A stretch of 64,000 nt of DNA from Octopus vulgaris (Eukaryota): NCBI GenBank assembly GCA_951406725.2, contig OX597834.1, positions 42,594,001-42,658,000 on the forward strand, given 5' to 3'. Numbering within the stretch: position 1 is the first letter of the stretch; each line of letters begins with the position of its first letter. A model generated the notes under the pieces. That model was not told the DNA's origin and ran no database searches. It was given only the letters and a program-made list of their open reading frames with translations. Below, in pieces: positions 54,204-64,000 of the stretch. Position numbers and translations under genes: made by a program.

Positions 54204-54883
54204 ATATCTATCTATCTATCTATCTATACATTTATCTATCTGTCTGTCTGTCTGTCTTTATATATATATATATATATATATGCCTGTCTACCTATCTGAC
54301 TGTCTGTCTGTCTCTCTATCTATCTATTTATCTATCTACAAATAGATAGCTATTTGTCTGTCTATCGGCCTATCGGACAGACTATCTATCTAAATATTTG
54401 CTTGTCTGTATATTTAACTGTTTGTCTATCTATCTTCGTGTGTATGTTGTATGTACGTCAGTTTGTGTTTTGCCTGTTCTGTAAAACCGGAATCCTATTA
54501 ACATTATATTCTATTCCTAAATATTGTATTATATAATTTGTTCATCTTTGACAGAAAAAATCTTATTCAACTTTCTCATTGTTACATAAGATCTTTGCCC
54601 TCAGTGATCTCTCATTAGTTTGTCGTATTGTAAGCTATCCTGAATACCACATGACACGTCGTTAATCTATCTTTCGCACTGAAATGCCTTCTTGTAAACA
54701 CTTCTTATAATTTGTCTGCGCTTAGTGCTTTGCTGTCGTAATCAAAGGAGATAGGGTTAACACCCAGAATATTTTCGAAGGTTTCTGAGACTGCGGTAAA
54801 GATGGGCAGAGAAGAAATCAATACTTATGAGTTACCCGTACAGTAGGTAGCAGTGGTTAAGAATAAACCAAGAAATGAATACC

Positions 54884-55076
54884 TGTTACCCGGTTTCTAT
54901 GGGGTATGAGTAACTGTGATCACAACATTCCTTTTGGATAAAATGTCTGTCGCAGGGTTATTTGTTGACAGCTGAATGGAGTGGAGCAGGAAGAAATGAA
55001 GTGTTTTGCAGCGCCTGATCCCGGAAGTGAAACTGATCGTGAGCGTTGCACCCTAACCACTAGACTATGCGCTTTC
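54884..55076 (-). mobile_element. Old tRNA-derived SINE related to family C
   Basis: CCCGGTTTCTATGG tail and CCCTAACCACTAG head as in 40624-40921. Confidence 0.5.
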
Positions 55077-55518
55077 CCAAAACCCAGGTAGAGGTGTTAA
55101 ATTCAGATTTGAGTTAAGTCGTTCAAGAGACAGATAACGTTATTAAACAGAGAGATTGAATAGGTTGTCACGTAAGAACAGGATCAGTAAATTTTACATC
55201 CTTGAGGCGATTACAGGTTGATGTTTTTGAGTTAAGTATCATAAGATAAGATATATCATAGCATTGTGAAGCTGTGTACTATAAAATGTGAATAGTATCA
55301 TAACATAATGAATATTTTTATCATAACTTAGCAACGATAGCTTTCATAAGGTAGCTATCATAATACGGTAAAGATTGGTATCATCACACCAGTGCTAAGT
55401 ATTAAAATAGACTATACGTTAAGTATAAATTCATATTTTTATGAATATCCATATCATAACAGCGACGAACATATCATATGATAGGTATTACAACATAGAA
55501 GATAACTGTATAAATATC

Positions 55519-55565
<47 letters not shown>

Positions 55566-55932
55566 GAAAAAGTAAAGGCAGAAAATGCTAAAATAATTTT
55601 GTCATAAAAACATTTCAGTTCTCCTCCCTCCCCCTTCTTCTTCTTCTTCTTCTTCTTCTTCTCTGCCAACAATTCACAACGACCTCGAACCCACAGGAGT
55701 AAACAAGGGAGACAGAGACAGGCAGAAACAAAGAAAATGCCCCTTGTATTTGAATACTATGCAAATATTCCTTTTAAAACTTTTTAACTTTTCCAAAATT
55801 TAATTGTTTTCCATACTTACAGCTTATAAAGTCTCAATGACTGAAACTGGTACTGAAATGTTTTTTCTAAAATTATTTTAGCATTTTTTACCTTGACTTT
55901 TTTTCCATATATATCAACTCGTGTGTTCCTTA

Positions 55933-56031
<99 letters not shown>

Positions 56032-56113
56032 CACATATATATATGTATATATATATATGGAATACGATGCAATAAACAGACGGGGTATATGCATCTGACT
56101 TTCAAGAAAGAGC

Positions 56114-56152
56114 AGTCATTAATGTTTCGAGCATATGCTCTTCTGCGGAAAA
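56114..56152 (-). ncRNA. Decayed copy of the 63362 hammerhead family
   Basis: Minus strand tttt CCGCAGA a gagc atat gctc GAAAC ATT aatgac. Confidence 0.45.
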
Positions 56153-56447
56153 TATAGGTGACGAATAAAAAAGAAACACGGAAAAAAGAGAGCAAACGTG
56201 TCCCAAATAGCAAACGGTCATCTCATACTAAAATGACCGGAAGAAAAAGAAGTTAGCTTGAAGCGTGGTTCATAATAGCGACCGTGCATGTGTGTGTGTG
56301 TGTGAACGTAATGCAAGCATGAAGCAGAACTAATAACATGTGTATAGATTTATAGTTTTATCAATAATCAGGAGAAATTATAAGAGTGTGACTCGAGTGA
56401 CGAGAATTTCATGACTTGTGTGAGAAGTGCCAACGCACAAAATTATA

Positions 56448-56482
<35 letters not shown>

Positions 56483-57542
56483 TGCAAATGCATACACGGA
56501 TGTATGAACGTGTGTGTGTGTGTGTGTGTAAGAATTTGACAGTTTATAGAAAATTTTCTGATTCACAATCTATCGGTACCTTTGGGATTCAATTTAACTA
56601 AACCCGGCATACTTCCTGCTAGAAACGATAGAGCGAGTTAATGAAAATCTCAATGGTATGACATACAGATAATTTGAAAAGCAAAACCTCACATTCATAG
56701 TTATTTTACTCTATATTATTTATATCGAGTACTGCTTACTGTGACATTTGAAACTTCACGATCACACAGTTACACACAAGCACCAGTGAATTTATATTTG
56801 TATGTACGCACCTATCCATATATGTAATTGTGTGTGCATATATATATATATATATATAATGTGTGTGTGTGTACGCGTGTGTATGGTGCGTATGTATTCT
56901 TATTCATAGATGTGTGCATGTATACATTTATATATATATGATAGTGTACACATGTGTACTTATTTATGCATACTAACACACACCCATATATGTGTGTGCT
57001 TGTGTGTACTTCGGTGACGTAGTTTATTGACATTAAATTAGTGAACTATGCATAAAATTCCCATAATTTTCATATAATTTCTGATTTTCTCAGCAAAACA
57101 ACAAAAACCAAAGAAAAAGTAACAACTTCTTTCATTAAAATTAAATGTTATGATGACCTTATTAGATTTTCTGTCTCAAATTACCAATTAATAGGGGTGG
57201 GGGCACCAATAACGCTCGCTAAAGACTTGCAGTTAGTTAAAGAGCATATATGAGTTCATATTTAACCGTAGTTTGATGTGCGTGTGCGTGCGTATTGTGT
57301 GTCTGAGTGTGTATTTTCGTGTGTATGCATTTGTGTCGTTGTCGGTGTGCTTTTTGTATGATAATCTTTGTGTGTATGAATATCTTTGTGCGTGTGTGTA
57401 CTTCCCCAATTCTTATTGCCAATATACTTTCAAATGCACACATCGTCTCTTCAGATCCACGTGTTCACATGGGTGCTTATTCGTGTATGTATATATATAT
57501 ATATAATCCACAGATGAGATCGAGAAATTCTCAGTATTCTTT

Positions 57543-57646
<104 letters not shown>

Positions 57647-58100
57647 CATATAATGTATATTCGTGTGTAGTTTTAGATAGATGAAGGGGCAGCACCTCTG
57701 ACACTGGCAACCCCCTTCTGAGGACGGTCGAAATGGTTCTGACGATGCACCATTGAAACTGTTGTATGTCAACTTCGGCAGGATAGAAAATAGCGTTTTT
57801 TACTGCTGTGCCTGCATCTGGTCCTATATCTTCTGAAGTAAGCTCGACCAGTATCTCAACAATAATAACAAACACTCCTAATAGTGACTCGTTTTGGAGT
57901 TGCTAGACTGGCCCAAAACTGTAGATGTTTAGGTTTGTGGTTAAGAGGTGTGCTTCACAAGGATGTGGTTAACGTTCAGTCCCACACAGCGGTTATCTGG
58001 ACAAGATTTCTTGCCACATAGTCCCAGGCCTCGGCACAACCAAAGTCTTTTAATTGAAACCTGTCATTGGAACTGATTATCTTATTGTTATTATTTAGAG

Positions 58101-58434
58101 CAGGGGTTCTCAATCCTGTTTATCTATCGATCCCTTTCATGACTATTTTATTTTGGTGGACTCCCATAGGCATTCGATGTTTAAAAACTAGTTTTATAGA
58201 AACTTCGTTGCAAATCCCTACTTTGTTTTTTACACATTAAATTTTGTAGATTGAACTACATAAAATGTTAAAGAAACCAAGCTGTTTCTTGCAATACATA
58301 GATCTAAAGCAAAATTGTTTCAGGGGTTCCTTAAAATCGTATTGTGGAAACTTAATTTACTGTTTTGCTGCGTGGAGCTCCGAAAATCTTATACGGTCCC
58401 CATGGGCCATGTAGGCCCCGGTTAAGAACAACTG
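58101..58434. mobile_element. hAT (Charlie-like) MITE
   Basis: TIRs CAGGGGTTCTCAA / TTAAGAACAACTG; 8-bp flanks ATTTAGAG / ATTTTGAT (6 of 8 identical). Confidence 0.7.
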
Positions 58435-59075
58435 ATTTTGATGATGCATTTAAACATCGCCCTGTATAACACCTACGTTTATTCGGTCCTTGGACGGCGT
58501 TACTCAGTTCATTTTGTTAAATAAATTCGATGAACATCTCCAGATAGTTTGCCTTCCTCTGTCGCCCCAGCTTTCTTGGTGATCGTAGACGCTGATTTTC
58601 ATCTCGTGACTAAGTCATAAAAATTAAATTAAATCAAATTAAAAACGGAAAAGAAGGAGGGTGTTGGTGGTGCAGCGAGACGAGTAGCCTTCACCTCCGC
58701 TTCCTTACGAATTGTGGGAGTTCTCGAAATGAGTACACGTCAGATGCCGGGGGTCAATCATATCGCCGAGATTTCAATGGCGTCGTTTATGTGTCAAACG
58801 AATATTTCATTAAAAGTTCACACTTTAAGTGTGGGTGTATATATGTGTGTATGTGTGTGTGGGATGTATGGAAAAGTTTAGGAGTCTGAGATTAGAAGTT
58901 AATGAATGAATTTACATCGTCTGTTTCAGTTATTAACGAAGTAATTAATACCATATTTAAAAATTCAATTTATAAGTAATTGTGAATGTATTTTATGTAC
59001 ACACGTACATATGTGAGATTATATATATATGTATGTATATATATATATATATAATATTGCGTGTATATTTGTATG

Positions 59076-59115
<40 letters not shown>

Positions 59116-59174
59116 TGTCTGAGTACATATACGGGTATAAACACATAAATGCATCTCTCTTTCTCTCTCTCTCT

Positions 59175-59217
<43 letters not shown>

Positions 59218-59242
59218 CACATATTTGTATATATATCTTTTT

Positions 59243-59441
59243 ATTCTTTTACTTGCTTCAGTCATTTGACTGCAGCCATTCTGGAGCACCGCCTTAAGGG
59301 GTTTTAGTCAAAGAAATCGATCCCAGGACTTGTCCTTTGTAAGCCTAATGCTTATTCTATCAGTCTCTTTTGCCGGACCGCAAAATTACTGGGGCGTAAA
59401 CACACCAACATCGGTTGTCAAGCGTTGGCGTGGGGACAAAA

Positions 59442-59477
<36 letters not shown>

Positions 59478-59616
59478 GGCGGGCTTCTTTCAGCTTCCGT
59501 CTACCAAATCTACTCACAAGGCTTTGGTCGGCCCGAGGCTATTGTAGAAGACACTTGCCCAAGGTGGCAGGCAATGTGACTGAAGCAAGCGTCTTACCAC
59601 GCAGCCACACTTGCGC
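59243..59616 (-). mobile_element. SINE A
   Basis: Reverse complement of family A, small deletion in head. Confidence 0.85.
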
Positions 59617-60865
59617 CTTCATATCCACCCCACCCAACACCCACTCGCAGGAGCCTCCTTTCGTATTCCCCCCACTTTTCCTTATGATGGTTTCCCTATA
59701 TCTTTATTAACCGAATCTCCCTTAAATTCAATATTCTGTTAGTCCTACGATAATTAGTCGGGGCACTTTAATCAAGGTGAATTAACTGTATAAGTGTTGC
59801 TGCGATTTACTAACCGCGTTAGTCTTAGATGTACTAAACAATATAAGACAGCAACATTTTGTTTTTAGAACAAGGCCGGCAACTGTCATCAAATACGTCT
59901 TGACAGGGTCAAATGTGTTGCTTGGTGCCTGCCATCCGCTGGTATGCAAGCATGTTTTGCCAGCACCGTCCTTGATGAGCGGTGTTGCTAAGTTTAACGA
60001 CATACTCTTAATAGAAATACCTTTAAATGTTCCTTAATTTGCAACCTCATTTTTCCATTCAACCGCCATGATTGTCAGATTGTCCCACCCACTTTACATT
60101 TCTTAAATGTGGTAATTCTTATTAGAAATTTCACTTGTTGATGATCTGTTGATTAATCAACATCTAATTGCTTGCTTGTTTATTTAGTAAACCTGATGAG
60201 TTGACTTGTGCAGCGTAATAAATATTCTTATGAATGTTGTGCATACTACATACCTGACTGTACCAGGCTTACGTCACAATATTCTTAATGAAACAACTTC
60301 GGAAGTACCAGATGATTCATTCGTCTGTTTTCTTATGTTTATATATAACTACACACACACAAATATATACGTATGTATCTTATATATACGGCTATACAAT
60401 TGTTATATGTCTAACAGAAAAATGTATCGCCGTCACTCGCAAGCAAGCATGTCTTGTTAGAATGTACCAAGCTTACGCTAATTGTTTTAAGTTCTTACGT
60501 TGCGGGAAGCAGATAGTTTACCATCTTCTCTGCCCACTTAACACCTGACCTGAAGACGGTGGTAATGGTAAGGGTGATATATAAGCAATATTCTGGTACC
60601 TATGTTCAACTAAGTAGGCTGTGGAGACACGTGCAGCCTCGTATGTATGTAACTATATATATATATTAATGAAGTTTTGACGTTCTTTATACAATCACGA
60701 TACTTGAATTAAGATTTTCTTGTATTATAAATGATTAATTTTTATATATTAAAAAAAGAAAGTAACAAATTGACTTAGACTTTCTTTCAGTAAGGACTGA
60801 CAGCGTCTTTTAAAACGAATCTTTATATAATTAAAAATGTTTCATTTAAGAAAGTTTGTCTTCGG

Positions 60866-60928
<63 letters not shown>

Positions 60929-61056
60929 TCAATCAGTCATAAGGATACAGGAATGCGTCTGCCTGCTAGAGACAAGAGTTAAACCCCTCGTTCTATAATA
61001 ATAGCAATAGTAATATCTGTATAAATATTTGCTCCTGATATTTACATATATGTATA

Positions 61057-61440
61057 TACTCTTTACTCTTTTACTTGTTTCAGTCATGCGACTGTGGCCA
61101 TGCTTGAGCACCGCCTTTAGTCGAGCAAATCGACCCCAGGACTTATTCTTTGTAAGCCTAGTACTTATTCTATCGGTCTCTTTTGCCGGACCGCTAAGTT
61201 ACGGGGACGTAAACACACCAGCATCGGTTGTCAAGCGATGTTGGGGGAACAGACACACACACACACATATATATACATATATATACGACGGGCTTCTTTC
61301 AGTTTCCGTCTACTAAATCCACTCACAAGGCTTTGTTTGGCCTGAGGCTACAGTAGAATACACTTGCCCAAGGTGCCACGCAGTGGGACTGAACACGGAA
61401 CCATGTGGTTGGTAAGCAAGCTACTTGCCACACAGCCACT
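61057..61440 (-). mobile_element. SINE A
   Basis: Near full-length reverse complement, (AAAAGAGT)n tail. Confidence 0.9.
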
Positions 61441-61862
61441 TAACTCTGGAATTTCTACCTTTATAAGTAGGCTGTAACATCCTTGGCACTTACTTGAATT
61501 TTTGCTACCCTGGTAACTATTTATTTATTTATTCCGTCTTATTTGTACACATTAAAAATATACACCTACATTTATATATATATATATAATATGCCGTTTT
61601 TATTGTGCTAAAACATGTAATTGGAGATTAGTTCTATGTGTGTACATAATACCGATACTTCGAAGTTACTGTCACTCCACTTATTTTGTAAATGGATAAT
61701 AAATATGCGCTCTGCAAAAAAAACATTAATTAATTAGTTTAATGTTAAATTGTCTTTATTTTAACTCGACATAAACACACAGTTACACACACATACAAAA
61801 GAAAAAAAAAGAACAACAATAAAAAACAATGGATAGAACTAGTCATACTATCTCGGGGTATT

Positions 61863-61901
<39 letters not shown>

Positions 61902-62269
61902 CAGCAGCAGCATCCGAACCTACCCCGTTGCCCCGACCAGCCTCCCTATGATGTCTCTATTCTCTTACATGACAACTGTAATTCAATCGCCATGTTGCAC
62001 CCCCTCCTCCTCCTTCTCCTCCTCCTCTCCTCCCCCTCCCTCTCCACCACCACCGCCACCTCCAGTTGTCTTTAATTACTTCTGTTGTCACTGTTTACTC
62101 TAACACATGTATGCGCCATCCTCTCCCTCGTTCTCTACTCCACACCTCTTTCTCTCCTTCTTTCTAAATCCTTCTCTCTCACTCCTTCTTTCACAGCCGC
62201 CATTGTGAAGCTTTTTCTGTGTTTAAATATCCACAAACAGATTCTCTTTAGCAAGCAACCCGCTCCTTC

Positions 62270-62611
62270 TCTCTCTCCCTCTCTCTCTCTCTTTCAAGTA
62301 ATACCTCTCTATGTCGCTATATCAATCACGCACTCTTTTACTCTCTGCCTGTCTACCTCCTTCTCTCTCACTCTCTCTCTCTGCCCGTTCGTCTGTTTCT
62401 GTCCCTCTGTTTCATTTTCTCTGTCTTTTTCTCTCATTTTCTCTCTCTTTCAGTTTCTCTTTCTCTCTCTCTCTGTCTGCTAGTCTCTGTCTTTCTGCCT
62501 CGTTTTCTCTGTCTCATCTCTCTCTCTCATTCTCTCTATCTGTCTGTCTCTCTCTGTCTCTCTCTCTGTCTGTCTCTCTCTGTGACTGTCTCTCTCTGTC
62601 TATTTCCCTCC

Positions 62612-62642
<31 letters not shown>

Positions 62643-62696
62643 ACTGTTTGCTTGTTTCTGTCTCTCTTTCTGCATCATTTTCTCTGTCCCTTGTTT

Positions 62697-62727
<31 letters not shown>

Positions 62728-62820
62728 TTCTCCTTACCTCCGTCTCTCTCTCTCCCTCCTTTATTTTCTCCGTCTTCCCATTCCATCCCTCTCTCTCTTT
62801 CTCCTTCCTCTCCCTCCCCC
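62270..62820. repeat. (CT)n-rich polypyrimidine tract
   Basis: Direct reading. Confidence 0.9.
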
Positions 62821-63361
62821 TGTCTCGGCTACATTACATCAAATTGAAACATAGTGAAACAACCAGACACTTACAAATCTCAAAATACAATTAATTCATC
62901 CAATCCAGACATAATCACTAAGAGTGCTCCACAACTAACGAGCAATTTAGTTTCAAGGCTATGACCATGAAATAAATAATAAAAACAAAAAAAAAACCGG
63001 CAAGAATGGAAATCTTCGTTCCACATTGCTCACCCTGTCACTCTCCCTACCGTTGTTTGTCTATATTTATTATATATCGATGCAGTGGGAAGATCTTTCC
63101 CTCTGTGGCTCTTTCTTTTATCCCACTCCATTTACCCTCTCATCCCTTACAGCACACCTCTATCGGGCTCCCCCATACAGGAGTGCGTGTGCTAACGAAC
63201 GTAAGTTCTGTATAGTGACATAGCTCCTCATATCCAAGAGGAATAGGATTGTTCGCGTTCACGAAACTTTAAGTAACATAAGGTGTAACCACTTTCTCTC
63301 CTCTGTTTGTCTGTCTAGCCACTACACACATTTTTTTCTCTCCTTGTTTCTCTCCGTGTCC

Positions 63362-63397
63362 CTTTCTGTAGAAGAGCGTAGGCTCGAAACGTAAAAG
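63362..63397 (+). ncRNA. Minimal hammerhead motif with variant core (CUGUAGA)
   Basis: cttt CTGTAGA a gagc gtag gctc GAAAC GTA aaag: perfect 4-bp helices I and II, helix III reduced to palindromic ACGT. Confidence 0.6.
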
Positions 63398-63479
63398 ACA
63401 TTTTTCTATTCCTGAGCGTTATACTAATATATCTTTTGTACACCGCCTGTCTTCATCTTTTGTTTTTTTCGTGAACTCT

Positions 63480-63519
63480 ATCAATCTATCTATCTATCTA
63501 TATACCTATCTATCAAATA

Positions 63520-63585
<66 letters not shown>

Positions 63586-63874
63586 ACAAATCTATCTATC
63601 TAACAAATCTATCTATCTAACAAATCTATCTATCTATCTATCCATCCACCTATCTATCCATCTATCTATCTATCCACCTATCTATCTATCTATCTATTTA
63701 TCAATCCATCTAACAAATCTATCTATCTATCCATCTAACAAATCTACCTATCTATCTATCTATCTATCTATCCATCTAACAAATCTATCTATCTATCTAA
63801 CAAATCTATCTATCTATCTAACAAATCTACCTATCTATCCACCTAACAAATCTATCTATCTGGCTATCCATCTG

Positions 63875-63908
<34 letters not shown>

Positions 63909-63918
63909 CATCTAACAA

Positions 63919-64000
<82 letters not shown>
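63480..64000. repeat. (TATC)n microsatellite with TCTAACAAA variant units
   Basis: Direct reading. Confidence 0.95.

Noticed and set aside
51254-57244. ~36-bp similar segments at 51254-51289 and 57209-57244
   Set aside because: Probably the end of an unidentified dispersed repeat; no boundaries or TSD could be defined.
60190-60232. CTGATGA followed by a short hairpin
   Set aside because: GTAA instead of GAAA and no helix I.

Overview
AT-rich, microsatellite-saturated eukaryotic non-coding DNA. The SINE families look like those of Octopus/coleoid cephalopods (recognition from memory, not a database hit). No intact host protein-coding gene is supported, and almost all ORFs in the track are translations of (TA)n/(TG)n/(TATC)n repeats. 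The window holds one intron-containing tRNA-Leu(CAA) gene, many copies of three to four tRNA-derived SINE families, non-LTR retrotransposon fragments (a young CR1-group RT, a second CR1 3' end, a HERO/NeSL-type RLE fragment, an RTE fragment, another degenerate LINE), several mariner/Tc1, pogo and hAT MITEs, long foldback palindromes and a 1.5-kb tandem duplication that is probably an assembly artefact. The most interesting signal is a set of type I hammerhead-ribozyme motifs (best at 28765-28858, 17774-17865, 1842-1890, 63362-63397). They come from several unrelated repeat families, most have a palindromic helix III, and they are typical of Penelope-like element termini. Also notable are a 3'-tail hairpin shared, with covariation, between two CR1 LINEs and the dominant SINE, and a recurrent SINE-into-SINE junction.
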